From: Octopus sinensis
Lineage: Eukaryota
Length of the DNA: 64,000 nucleotides
Assembly (NCBI RefSeq): GCF_006345805.1
Contig: NC_043002.1
Location: 48,918,001 to 48,982,000, forward strand
Direction of reading: 5' to 3'
In this document: positions 1 to 12,745 of the stretch, piece after piece
Position numbering within the stretch: the first letter of the stretch is position 1
Layout of the letters: the number at the start of each line of letters is the position of its first letter
The notes under the pieces: generated by a model
Database searches by the model: none
Seen by the model: the letters and a program-made list of their open reading frames with translations, nothing else
What the model was told of the DNA's origin: nothing
Translations under genes and position numbers: made by a program

Positions 1-543
1 AATGTTTGTATGTATATATATATACAACTTGATGTATGTGTGTACCTGTGTATGTAAGTGTGTCTCTATATATGTGTATGCATATGTATGAATATTTTGC
101 TGCCAGCAGCTATATTTCAATGATTTGTATGTTTGTGTATGTAGAGACATGAATATGGTTAATACTATTGACAAGCTGTCTGCAGGTCATTGACCTAGCC
201 TCCTTCTTATGTTCTCCAAGCCAGTAATCCTCCCCTTCCTTTTTAGCTCTAATGTTTCTATTCTTTATCATTCTCATTCTCTCCCCACCACCAAACTCAT
301 TCTCTCCCAAATTCTCTTCCTCTCTTCAATCATTTTCCTCCAACGCATGTGCAATAACGAATTTTTTATCCTTTCCAGTAAGTTTTTACACTTTTACAGT
401 CACATGGACTAAAAATGAACAAAAACTTATCTTATTCTCCAGCGAATGACCCAGTCTGAACCATGAGAAACACTTCTGCTAAAAGCATATAAACTTAAGT
501 GACATTATAGCATACCTGTACAAAGGTGCAGGCATTGCTGTGT

Positions 544-1013
544 AGGTGCAGGGATGGCCGTCTGGTAAGAAGCTTGCTTTCCAGCCACATGGTTCCAGGT
601 CCAGTCCCACTGCATCACACTTTGGGCAAGTGTCTTCTATTATAGCCTTGGACAGAGCAAAGCCGCATGAGTGGATTTGGTAGATGGAAACTGAAAGAAG
701 CCTGTCATATGTGTATGTGTGTGTATGTGTATGTGTGTGCATGTATTTGTGTATGTGTGTGTGTGTTTGTGTGCATATATTTGTGTGTGTGTCTTTGTGC
801 TTGCGTTTGTCCACCAAACTATCACTCGACAACCGATGTTGGTGTATTTATGTCCCTATAACTTAGCAGTTTGGCAAAAGAGACTGATAGAATAAGTATT
901 AGGCTTACAAAGAATAAGTTCTGGGGTTGATTTCATCGAGTTAAACCCCTTTAGGGTGGTGTTCCAGCATGGCTGCAGTCAAATGACTGAAACAAGTAAA
1001 AGAGTAAAAGAGT
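544..1013 (+). mobile_element. tRNA-derived SINE, family A (most abundant family in the window)
   Basis: Pol III-like head (A box TGGC..TGG, B box GGTCCAGTCCC), then TTGGGCAAGTGTCTTCT, an internal TG/TA tract and the 3' tail GACTGAAACAAGTAAAAGAG; the same layout recurs about 30 times. Confidence 0.85.
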
Positions 1014-1189
1014 ATGCATATCTATATACTAAGGCAAAGGTCAACTTGGAAGTACATTAGAAAACATTTGCCAAATATGCCATACAGTGACATCAAAACT
1101 GGATCCACATGGTCACAAAGTAAACTTCTTTATCACATAATCATGCTTGAACCTAAAAGTATGAATATGTTTTCAGAATGAAGCTTTAT

Positions 1190-1610
1190 TTAGTTCCTTC
1201 CATTCCTCATGGAACATTGACTAAGAAGAGAGCTACATTTCCATGGTTGCAAACTTTGTTTGAGCCTGTTCTTATAGCAGGTTTATATGCGCCAGGTTCT
1301 CATACACACTCCTCAACCATATCTTGAAAGGTCTGCCTCACTTCTAATGTACCTCCACCAGCTCTGCTTCAATTTGAGTGAGAGGTTCTCATAGCACTCT
1401 TCATGCACAAACATTACCCCATAGCTGAGCAACTTACACAATCATACACATGGTATCTTGCAGGTTACTCATCCTGTCTCTTTTCATGATTACTTCATTC
1501 TTGCTGCGGTTATACCAAGAAACTCCTAGTATAGTCCTAAGATAATATCTATGGGAGACATCTGCAGTTCAGTTGAGTCTGCTGGTCATTTTCATGGCTA
1601 GCAGACATAA
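1190..1610 (-). mobile_element. RTE-clade LINE, decayed 3' ORF end
   Basis: Minus-strand translation gives RYYLRTILGVSWYNRSKNEVIMKR and GRPFKIWLRSVYENL, matching the LRRILGxxWxDxxxNxEV and RGRPxxxW motifs at the RTE C-terminus; stops and frameshifts present. Confidence 0.7.
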
Positions 1611-2189
1611 GAGTGAAGGATTTTAACAAAAGTGTTTTGTAATAATAGTGAAAACAAAATAAGAGTTACATAATTTAAATCAATTTTAGAATGTGCATGC
1701 TTTGCTGGATACCTTTTAGTTGACTGAGTTGTTAATTAGCCCTGAGTTTGTCCCAGGTCAGCATTGACTTGAGGTCAAACCTGAGAAAAGTTTACCTTTC
1801 ATCTACTTCAAGCTATAACATCACTACCAAGCACCCATTCTTAGGAGTCTTCACAGGGTTTACAGGAAAACAGTTTGGTTATTGGTGCCATGCCATCCCC
1901 TAATTCTCCTTTCCATACAATCATGCAAACTTTCCACTCACACACTTCTGCTCATCTTGTGCCTTGTGGGGTCACCTGGTTAACCTCATCATCATTATCA
2001 ATCTATGGCAGTGCCTTCTGATCAGTTTTTCTTTCTTTCTTTCTATCTCCTCTTTCTCTGCTAGACATGTGTAGCCATGCTGACCCCTATACAATAACCT
2101 GCTCTGCCTTCCCTTTGTCATAGTAATCCCCTCATCCACTGGCATGAAGCTGACTCCCCACCTCCTCCAGGACTCGTAGTCCTATGAGT

Positions 2190-2400
2190 GGCATGGTGAC
2201 CTCAATAATACAGGTAGCATGAGAAAAACACTCAGTCCATGCTGTAAAGTGGTTAGCATTAGTAATGGCATCCAAGTGTAGAAACCATGCCAAAGCAGAC
2301 ATTGAAGCACAGTGCAGTCCTTTGATATGCTGGATTCTGTCAAACCATCCAACCCTTGTCATTATGCAACATGCATGTTAAATGATGATGATGATGAATA
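2190..2400 (+). mobile_element. RTE-tail repeat (family D) ending in (TGA)n
   Basis: AAAGTGGTTAGCATTAG..GGCATCCA..GTAGAAACCATGCCAAAGCAGAC..GTCAAACCATCCAACCC..GTTAAATGATGATGATGA; same family at 4588, 18208, 28365, 35668. Confidence 0.7.
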
Positions 2401-3789
2401 TGATGATGGCTTAACCTGTCACTCAGCTTAACACCACTACCTGTTACCTTGGGTGCATTTCACAGAGTCCACTTTGTTTCAAGCGTTCAGGGCCAGTTTC
2501 AAGTTTCTAGATACCTTCCCCCCACTCCCTTACCCTCCTTTTCTCCCTTTTTCCTTCTCTTCCTTCTTCCATTTTTCCTTCCCTCCCAACATGTTTAGAG
2601 GCTCTGCAAAAGGTCATGGTCATTCTTCACTCCTGACTAAAAGATAAAAAAATGTGACTTGGTCAGTGTGTATGTTACTAAGGCAAGAATATTACTGCTC
2701 CCATTTTTTTTTCATTCCTTTATCAAAATCTAAGGCATTGTGCTTTATTACAAAGACATAAATCTTAAAATTCTGAAAAATAACACAATCATAACTAGAG
2801 TTCTGAGGCACAAACAAGTATATTCACCTCTGACCCTTGAACTAGTCTTGCTTTTGTTTCCATCAAAATAATTGATTATCTAAAAGCTTTGTTTTAAACT
2901 TATCTACATATAAGTTGTACTCTTAATAAATACGTTAATTCACAAACACACATACACACACACAAGTGTGTGCGCGCACACACACACATACATGCATACT
3001 TTATTATATACCAATCTATATACATACAGTATTGTAATTTTTTTTAATTGATATTTATTAACCTAAATATATTGCTTACTTCAATGTAGACTATTTTATA
3101 AAGTCTACTGGAACAGAACACAATTTTTGTACAGAATCTAAGGAATAACTCTTGACAGATTGTCAACAATAATTGTCAAATGTTAATAACAATTCTACTC
3201 AATAGATTGATATAAATAAGGAAAATTACTGCTGCGTTTTCATAATCAGTATTTTTACTCTTTCTGATATTTGAGATACCCAAAATTAATTGTTTTCTTA
3301 ATTATTACTTTCACTCATATGAGATATTTGAGTTATCCAAGTGATTTGTTCTTGGTGTAATAGTTGTTGAATAATTAACTATCTTTGCTTGAGAAAACCT
3401 ATATTACAACTGAGTTAGCTGATCAAATTAAATATTTCATGATCCCATCTCTATACTTGGCATGCTGGTTTAAGATTTAGAATTTAAAATATATGATTGT
3501 AAGTATGGTTTTAGTCTCACTGCATGGCACCTTGGGCAAGTATCTCCTACAATAACCCTGGGCTGTCTAAAGACTTGTGAGTCCCTATTTTGAGAGATGT
3601 AAACAGGACTTTTTTAAGGTCAAAAGGTCATTTTATATGCCAGCATATAAATATGTGTATATAGTTAGTTGATGTAGATCACTGAAGGAAGTAAACACTA
3701 CCAAGAAAAAACTGAAAACAAGTGTCTTCAAATAAAAAATTCTTGTGTCATATTTATTCAAAGTTGCACAATAGCATAGGTGTGGCTGT

Positions 3790-4295
3790 GGGCAGGTGCA
3801 AGCATGGTTCTGTGGTAAGAAGTAAGCTTCCTAGCCACATGGTTTCAGGTTTTGTCCCACTGTGTGGCACTTTGGACGAGTGTCTTTGATTGTAGCCGTG
3901 CACTGACCAAACTAAGAGAAACCCATTATTATTATCATTATTATCATCACCATCATCATCATCATTATTAAAACAATTTGATTTGGACCTATGTGACTTA
4001 CAGATTTTTAGGCTTTTTACAGAATCCTAGTTTGTTTGAATGAGCTAAGTTTATGCACACACACACACACACACACATGTTTGTGTGTGTTTGTGCTTGT
4101 CCTGACCACCACTTGACAACTGGTATTGGTTTGTCTACTTCACCATAAGATAGTGGTTGGTAAAAATAAACTGATACAATAAGTGCCAAGCTTAAAAAAA
4201 TCAGTACTGAGATCAATTTGTACAACTAAACCCTTCAAGGCAGTGCCTCAGCATAGCTACTGCCCAATAATTGAGAAAAGTATAAGATTAAAGAT
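3790..4295 (+). mobile_element. SINE family A, degenerate
   Basis: Head at ~3790-3905 and tail at ~4050-4295 separated by low-complexity sequence. Confidence 0.65.
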
Positions 4296-4587
4296 AAAGA
4301 CATAGACCCTTGTCATCGTTGTCATCATAAATGTAGTGAGCCATTGATTGGCATATTGAGTACCTCCAACAAATAATGCTATTGTTCATCAAATGTGATG
4401 TAAAAAAAGTTAGCTTGTTAGTTCACTGGTATCTGTCTAACTGATACTTAGCTGTTATAAATATGATATCTAAACGTAGAGTCTGGCATGTAATCCAGTC
4501 CAAATGATTGGTCAGTAAGTGGGTGCAGTTAAATAATTGATTGCTCTCTTAAAAAGAGTTATGCATCTTATTTTAGTTATGTGCCTT

Positions 4588-4680
4588 CATCATCATCATC
4601 ATCGTTTAACGTCCACTTTCCATGATAGCATGGGTTGGATGATTTGACTGAGTACTGGCGAACCAGATGGCTGCACCTAA
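4588..4680 (-). mobile_element. RTE-tail repeat (family D), truncated
   Basis: (CAT)n followed by CGTTTAACGTCCACTTTCCATG..GCATGGGTTGGA. Confidence 0.7.
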
Positions 4681-5299
4681 TGAATAAACAGTTCAATAAT
4701 CAACTGATTCCAAAATATGGAAATAAGTGGTGTCTGTGTCTATGTAGAATTCCCTTTTCTTTATCAATCCTTTTCCTAGAGTGAAAGAGTGAAAGACATC
4801 CTGGGGCCATCTGATCGAAATATAGGAATAGAGTTGTTAGGGACATGATATTTTGAAATCAGTAAAATCAACTGTCCTACACAAATGGTGAATGTAGTCT
4901 CTCTGCCAAACTGACATAAAAAGTCCCAAAATTTCAGATATGATAAGTACATAAGAGTAGATAACAATAGGTGCATTTGGTAACTGAAATCTAAGAACTT
5001 GGGTAAGTAGAATTAAGTGTCCTGCTTAGAGTCATAATAAGAACAAAAGCTTTGCTGCTAATTTGAATTTACAACCAATATGTTGGTGACCCAGTACTTT
5101 ATTTATTACAAGAACAACTCTTGTTATTTCTTTCACAACAACTTATGTTAAATGAAAAAAACTGTTAATTTATTTAGTACCATTGAAGATTTCTGTTTAT
5201 TGAAAGAATGAAATTGAGAAATTATCCTTATTTAGCCAATAAAAGTGGTTATATCAGAAGTAGTGAATCAATACAATCAATAGGGAAAAGAACTTATGA

Positions 5300-5668
5300 A
5301 TTTGTTGTATCTTGGAAGGGCCATAATGCCAATGATACACACATGCACTGATTCTAATTTATTTCTTTTATTATTACTATTTTATTAGTCAGCTGGTTAA
5401 CTATTTTACTAATTAACTAACAGTTTATTTAATTGTTTGGTCAATCAATCATTTAGCTAGATTTGTTAAAATCCTTTCATAGCCATTCACAATCTCTTCA
5501 ATGACAAACCTAGCTGATTAAACTGATTGACTGGACAATTAATCAAACAATTGTTTAGTTAATTGTTTAAATGGTTAACTAATTTACTAACAATAATAAA
5601 AGAAGCAAAACAGAACCAGTACACTTGCTTATCATTGAACTAATGACCCTCCTGTAATACAACTAAAT
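5300..5668. repeat. Old long inverted repeat (MITE-like palindrome), arms ~170 bp, spacer ~30 bp
   Basis: 5300-5468 aligns to the reverse complement of 5500-5668 at roughly 70% identity by eye (e.g. CAATGATA..TTCTTTTATTATT..AATTAACTAA..GTCAATCA..AGCTAG). Confidence 0.65.
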
Positions 5669-6778
5669 CTGTGTCAACTCATATTTACATAATGAATCTT
5701 GAAAACCAATACAAAATCTTATGAATATTATCAGAAAATGTTTACTGGTAAATGACATTATGCTCTTAAAGGTTTACTATGAGTTTAAACAGCTTTAAGT
5801 ATTCTTGGGTACATTCAAAACTGTTCTGTTATTAAAGTGATGCAACTATATTACAAATAATCTAACAATGCACAAGTAGATCCAATTGCAACAAAATGCA
5901 CTTCAAAATGTTCACTTCATATTAAATAACAACAATAAATTATCCCGTATTTTCTACCTTCAGTTCTGTTTTGTTCTTCACCAATATGCCTCATGTCAAA
6001 CTAATGATTTCCGATGCATTTGACTGATTCTTCCCCCATGGGAATCTGATTAGTGTATTTCCAAACAGTCTTCTAATTTATTTCCATTTTCATTGAATAA
6101 TTTACTAATTGAATTAGTAGCATCGTTTGCAAGCTGATAAAGCAATTTTTGCATCAACTCTGAATCTCATTGGCACTCTTAATTTAACTTCCATCTTCTT
6201 GAGTGTGACATGACACATGCAGACATATTCACTTCCAGTTGTTATTAAATAACCACACACCCAATCAAATAGCTTTTTGCTTGTAAAGCCAATTAGTGAG
6301 TGACAAAAATTAAGTGGACTTTTGAGAATCTCTTGGACGAAACACCTCAAATAATCCAGAAGAGTTGCATGCATCAAATATCAAATGGCATATGTGTGTC
6401 TTTGTACACCTAAGTATGTTGGCCCTTTATAAATAAAAAGGGGCTAAGCTAACTTAAGGGTTCGAACATAAAAGAAGAAAAGTTTTAAAATGAAATGAAT
6501 AACGAATATTATTATTTCATATTTCAATAAAATCATTTCTTGATTTTTTTGCTTGTGTTTTTTTTTAATATTTTTTGTTACAGTTCATTCATATAGATGT
6601 TTCAAATATGTAAAAATAATTAAATTTTTTTTTTATTCTTTGGAACAAATTTTAAAAAATATCTTAAGTTTAAAATGAGTAAAAAAATGAAATATAAGTA
6701 TAATATGAAATATAAAATAAAATACATAAATGTATTATTTTAAACATCTTTTACTTGTTACTCCTGTAGATATAGATA

Positions 6779-6796
6779 TTATTATTATTATTATAA

Positions 6797-6854
<58 letters not shown>

Positions 6855-6872
6855 GATTATTATTATTATTAT
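6779..6872. repeat. (ATT)n microsatellite
   Basis: Direct reading. Confidence 0.95.
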
Positions 6873-7126
6873 TTACTTCCATTATTGTCTTCCTTGTTGT
6901 AATAATTTATTTTGTCTGCCAAATTTGTCCCTTTGCACACACTTATATTAAACTTCCTGTATGACATCACCTTTCTAGTGATTCAGGGACAGGAGTTGGG
7001 GTGAGGAAAGAAGAAGGAGAAAGTCACCACAACTACTTTCTATAATTTTTTATAGCAGAAACCAAGTTCTCAGAATACAAGAATCAGAAACTGTTTCATT
7101 TATTGGCTCCTTTCAATTCATAGTAT

Positions 7127-7136
7127 ATTATTATTA

Positions 7137-7177
<41 letters not shown>

Positions 7178-7350
7178 ATTAATATTAATGATATTATCGT
7201 TCTTCTTGTTATTGTTAACAACAGACTAGCCAGCACCACTACCACTGCCATTACTACCACCATGATTGCCGCCACTACCACTACTACTACTACCACCACC
7301 ACCACCACCACCACCACCACCATCATCATTATAATCACCATCATCATCAT
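7127..7350. repeat. Compound (ATT)n/(ACT)n/(ACC)n/(ATC)n trinucleotide tract
   Basis: Direct reading; source of the poly-V/I ORF 7096-7503. Confidence 0.9.
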
Positions 7351-8475
7351 TCCTTTCCTCTTCCCACTCTTCTGCATCTTCATCATCCCATCCTTGCCCA
7401 TCTCATCTTCCTTCTTGATATTATTACAAGTGATGTGATTGTTGTAGTTATTTCTGTTCCTCCTATTTTTTCTTTTTCTTTCTTGCAACACATATTTCTT
7501 CATTCATTGTTATTTATTTCATTCTTTCCTTTTCTTTTGCGATAAGTTATTCAGATCACACACATAACTTAGTTAACTTTTTCTACAAGACTTTGCCAGC
7601 ATTTCATGTAAGACTTGACTGCTAATTGAGTGAATTTTACCAAAAAGAACTGTTTTCGCCATCTTTTCTCCTCTTGCTGTGTTCTTTTTTTTTTTCTTTC
7701 ACTTTTTACATCTTTTTTTTTTCCATCTTTCCATATTTTTCCCTTCCTTTCAACAGCCTTCCACACCCCTACATTTTGCTATTTTCCTTGCTGGAAACTC
7801 CCACGCTACTCTCCATTTCGCTGTAATTCAGTTTACTGTATCAATATTCTTTTGAAAAGAAGTGTAGTGAGATTGAATAAAGGAAGGAATATTGAAGTGG
7901 CTGTTGAAGAGGTGGTCAGGGTTAAGAGACAAAGAAAACTAAAATTGAAAAATTAATTACAATAAAACTCTAACTGTAATAAATTAAATAAAATATCTAC
8001 TCTATTTTCTTAAAAGAAAGGAACTAGATAAAAATTTTTTTAAATATGTATGTGCATACATACATGTGTGTGTGTGTGTGTGTATTTCATTGTTGCTTTG
8101 AAACTTTATTTTATTCACAAAACTATATTAGTTAACTTATTGCATATTTCTTGTCTACATGTCTGTGGTAAATATTTCATCAGCATTATTTAATTGGCAA
8201 GAAAAGCATTTTAATAAAAGAAAAAAAAATTACTTTTTTATCAAATGGAAAAGAAAGAGAAATTCAAATATTTTCAATGTTTATATTATATGTCACATAT
8301 AATTTGATACTATCTATGAATGTTTTAAAAATTGATATGTACCTTATGGATTCAAGCAAAAGGAATATGAAATAACCCTTTCCCAAGGAAATAAACATGA
8401 CAATATTTACTTAGGTTGATAATTATGGTTATTATTTAACAAAATTTTTATTGATACATTTTCAAAGTAGTTTAA

Positions 8476-8931
8476 CACTTTTGATACCATATTTCACCGG
8501 AAATATATTGGCCTTGTTTCAATTAAATTTGAAAATAATGAAGAATTTAGCAAAAAACTGTGCCATTATCAAGCTGGAGTTTAAGATGGTGAGCTGGCAA
8601 AATTGTTAGCATGCCGAACAAAATGCTTAGTGGTTTTTCATCTACCTTTACATTCTCTGAGTTCAAATTCCTCCAAGGTCAACTTTGTCTTTCATCATTT
8701 TGGGGATCAATGAAATAAGTACCAGTTGAGGATTGGGGTCAATGTTATTGGATAGTCCCCTCCCCCAAAATTTCAGGTCTTATGCCTATTGTAGAAAGGA
8801 TTATTAAGCTGGTATTTGAAACATAAATCAACATGAAATTTTGAAACAGGGTTTTAATTAAGGTCTCTTGAAATCAGGAAATTTATATGATAAAACCAGG
8901 GGTGGTCTCAGACGGATTAGTATCAAATGTG
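8476..8931. mobile_element. piggyBac-like MITE with nested SINE
   Basis: TTAA on both sides (8472-8475, 8932-8935); imperfect terminal inverted repeats CACTTTTGATAC / GTATCAAATGTG. Confidence 0.6.
8583..8805 (+). mobile_element. tRNA-derived SINE, family B
   Basis: GGTGAGCTGGCA..TTAGCATGCC..GAGTTCAAATTCC..TTTGTCTTTCATC..TAAGTACCAGTT..GTAGAAAGGATTATT; central block resembles conserved metazoan SINE domains (closest from memory: Meta domain, unverified). Confidence 0.85.
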
Positions 8932-9234
8932 TTAAAGTGGGATTTCAACTTGTATTCAGTGAGTTTTTAAAAAATTTTCTGCTATAGACCAGTTTAGAAC
9001 TTAGAGATTTTGGACTCTGTTTTCTCCTATAAAGTCTTACATTTCCCTAGTTCACAATAAAGAGCATATGTTTTTTTTTTAATTTTAGGAGTAATGATGA
9101 GCTAGAAAGTTCTTTTACATTTAATATGAAGACCATATAAGATCATCATCATCATTATCATCATCATTGGTTAGCAACCACTTTTTCATGGACATGTGGG
9201 CCAGACTTGAGATGTATGTTTACAATAGGTCCAG

Positions 9235-9615
9235 GCATGACTGTGTAATGAAGAAACTTGCTTAACAACCTTTTGATTTCAGATTCAGTCCCACTGCAGA
9301 GCAATGTGTAAGTGTTTTCTATTGTGGCTGACCAATGCCTTGTGAGTGAAATTGATTGATGGAAACTGTGTGGAAGCCAATTCTATACACATACATGCAA
9401 ACACATACACAGATGTGTGTATATGCATGACTTTTTACTCACCACTTGACAACCTGTGATGGTTTGTTTGCATCCCCATAACGTAGCAGTTTGTCAAAAG
9501 TGACAGATGGAATAAGTACCAGGTTCAAAATATGCAACTACTGGGGTTGATTTGTTCAATTAAACCCTTGAAGGCAGTGCCCCAGCATGGCCACAGTTCA
9601 ATGACTGATACAAGG
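9235..9615 (+). mobile_element. SINE family A
   Basis: Head, internal CA/TG tract and tail recognisable. Confidence 0.75.
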
Positions 9616-10334
9616 AAATATCAGAATAAATTAATGAAAGAATGATATTAATCTATATAGCAAAACCTTAGGTTATCTAGCTAAAAACAAATAGAGCTAG
9701 TTCTCCTAGTCAAGTTTTTAAAATTAGAAAAGATATAGAACTGTAAAAATGCTTACCTCAGTATCTACTCAACAACATTTACTACAAATAGTAGGAATTA
9801 CAATTTAGTTGCTTTATCTAAACATATAACATTGGCCCACTTGAGTTCCCCTTAGCTCAATGTAAACCTTGATATAAATATAAACATTGCCACAAATGTA
9901 AACCTTGACATGAATATAAACCATTATATGAATAGACAAGTTGATAAAAAACAAACTAGAAACAACAAGAATAACTAGACAATAGATATTCTGTATTGAC
10001 TAAAATGAGTTTACATATTATTAACAAGTAAATTATAGCTAAAATCTTGTAGTTTCTGTGTTAAATATTATAACTTTTGTTCTTTGAAAAGCCCTCCCCA
10101 CCACCAGTTATCAAAGCTTGAACACGATAGAATATGCAATTACCCGATTAAAGCATGCATCTCATTGTTCTTCAAGTTATGTATGTATTGTCTGAGAATC
10201 ACTAGATTAGATGTGATTTTCAAACAATACACAATATGCATTGTTGCATTACAAATGCATCTAGGTGCACTGCAGATTTTAAAAAATATAATCTAGGGTT
10301 TTGGAAAATCTCCATACTATAATATGTGTAGGTA

Positions 10335-10940
10335 TGATAGTATGGTTGTGTAGTAAGAAGTTTGCTTCCCAAATACATGGATCCAGGTTCAGTCCCACTG
10401 AGTGGCACTTTGGGCAAGTGTCTTCTAATATAGTCCTGGGTCAACCAAAGCCTTGTGAGTGGATTTGATAGATGAAAACTGGAAGAAGCCATCATGTGTG
10501 TGTGTGAGATAGATAGAATATTTCCAGGGGGGTAGTCTTTCTGCAATTCTATTTATTTTGGCATTAAATTCATTATCATTTCTACTACAAAAATTCTATG
10601 GCTATGTGCTAGGTTCTACAACCAGTGTAACCCATAATTTTGCAGATGGCCTGGGCTTAATATCAACGTTTTCAGCAGACATAAGAATGGAATTTGGCCA
10701 AAGAGGTGTTCATATTTGGTTGTGTATGTGTGTGTTTGTATTAGTCCCTTACCACTGCTTGACAACTAGTATTGCTTTATTTACACATCTGTAATTTAGC
10801 AGTTTGGCAAAAGAGACTGATAGAATAAGTATCAGGCTTAAAAAATAATTATTATTGGTGTCAGTTTGTTTGACCAAACCCTTCAGAGCAGTGCTGCAAC
10901 ATGGCCACAGTTCAATAACTGAAACAAGTAAAAGATAAAT
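10335..10940 (+). mobile_element. SINE family A carrying a ~206 bp LINE fragment inside its internal microsatellite
   Basis: Head 10335-10500, insert 10518-10723, tail 10724-10940. Confidence 0.8.
10518..10723 (+). mobile_element. R4/Dong-like RT fragment, copy of 12364-12570
   Basis: Translates FQGGSLSAILFILALNSLSFLL..THNF..FSADIRMEFG; about 91% identical to 12364-12570. Confidence 0.85.
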
Positions 10941-11217
10941 GATAATGCTTGGGTATCATAAACAATGTATGTATTATATTGCTTGTTTAATGTATATTTT
11001 TCCATGCTAGCATGTGTTAAATGAAGAATTATTACAGGCTGCACTTCATATCCCTAACTCTTACATGTTTTCAAGTAAATAATTTTCATTTTGTTTTACT
11101 CTGTAAGTATAAAACTACAATATAATCTATTGACAAGGAATGTCAATATTATGTCATTGCTTTCCTCAAACAGTTTCATGTGAAGATGCAAAATGTAAAT
11201 ATTTATACACTCTACAT

Positions 11218-11340
11218 ATGTATACATACATACATACCTACATACATACATATACACACACATACATACATACATACATACATACATACATACATACATA
11301 CATACATACATACATACATACATACATACATACATACATG
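11218..11340. repeat. (TACA)n microsatellite
   Basis: Direct reading. Confidence 0.95.
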
Positions 11341-11399
11341 TGAATGTATGTATGTATGAATATCTTATGCAAGAAATAGCAAACACAACGGTGACTTTC

Positions 11400-11937
11400 C
11401 ATGTTAAGCTCTTGAGGGAAAGGTAGTTACTCTAAAGCACTAACTCTGGATGCTGAGCAAAAAACTGTTATTGTAGAAAATACAGTATATATCATAAGTT
11501 TGCTTCCAATCCACAATCCTTATACCAGAAGTTGGAGAAGGAAATCACTACTGATAAGAAAGCCCTTTCTCAAGATCTTCAATCAGTCTGGTCTATCATC
11601 TGGAATGAAAAGAAACATTCCAACCAGAATGCAGTGTGATTAAATACAGTTAGGAAAGAACTGTACAAATATTGACAGTAAAACATGCACAATTGGCCCC
11701 AAGACTTTCACCATGTCTGTAGGTAAACAGCATAATAGGAAGGAACCTTGAAGAGATCTGATAGTTGGATATTAGTACAAGAGGCTGATCTTTTACAGAA
11801 AGCCTTTTATATGTATATCAAAAAAAACTATGGAAGGATAGATTGGCACACTTATTCTATCAGTCACTTTTGTGAAACTACTAAGTTATGGAGATGTAAA
11901 TAAACCAATATCAGTTATCAAGCTGTGGTGAGGGAAC

Positions 11938-11973
<36 letters not shown>

Positions 11974-12745
11974 TGCATATTCGGAGTTAGCAGAAAAATA
12001 TAGGCTCATTACTTGCCTAAAATTTATGTACAAGGTTTACACAAACTGTCTCAACCAATTCCTCTTGGATCATTGTGACTGATGAGCAGGGAGGTGGAAA
12101 AAAAGTGCAGGGTGATGTGCTGAACAACTTTTGATAAACAAAGCTGTGATGTCCAAAGAATGAAAATGTCTCAGAAACCTTGTGACTGTAAGGTTCAATT
12201 TTAGGAAAGCATTCAACCCTGTTTCTTACTTGTGGCTACTGAAGTCTCTGTGCTTGGTAAATGTGCCTGCTACCTTAGATGCCATCCTCAAGATGTTCAC
12301 AAGGACCTTGTCAACATTCTTCATACTTAAGTGAGAGCAGAATGATCATCTCCAGGGCTATAGATATTTAAAAGGGAGATAGTTTTTCTGTAATTCTATT
12401 TATTTTGGCATTAAATTCATTATCATTTCTGTTAGAAAAATTCTATGGCTATGTGCTAGGTTCTACAACCAGTGTAGCCCATAATTTTGCAGATAGCCTG
12501 GACTTAACACCAACGTTTTCAGCTGACATAAGAATGGAATTTGGCCAAAGAAGTGTTCATATTTGATTGTTGAACACAGAAAATCAGTCTGCAAATCTAA
12601 AAATCCATGCATCAATGGTCTTGCTATCTCTCCAGTTCCATACAAAGAAGGCTACAAATACCTAAGTATTGATGAAAACATATCATATGAAGATGATGTG
12701 AATAAAGATATGATAACCCAAGAATATTACACAAGTACACAATAT
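11400..12745 (+). mobile_element. R4/Dong-like non-LTR retrotransposon, decayed RT region, interrupted by a SINE A piece (~11830-11970, minus)
   Basis: Reconstructed motifs FASNPQSLYQKL, VWSIIWNEK, KQHNRKEP*RDLIVGY*YKRL, CAEQLLINKAV, FRKAFNPVSY.WLLKSL, FSADIRMEFG, YKYLSIDENISY, typical of R4-clade ORFs. Confidence 0.8.

Noticed and set aside
252-449. VTWTKNEQKL resembles an Ig-domain or Myb-like WT motif after an acceptor-like site at ~399
   Set aside because: A stop follows within six codons, there is no usable donor and no other domain residues
5940-6400. Protein-like minus-strand fragments (e.g. LMQKLLYQLANDATNSISKLF)
   Set aside because: Many stops in every frame and no motif I can assign; possibly a very old transposase
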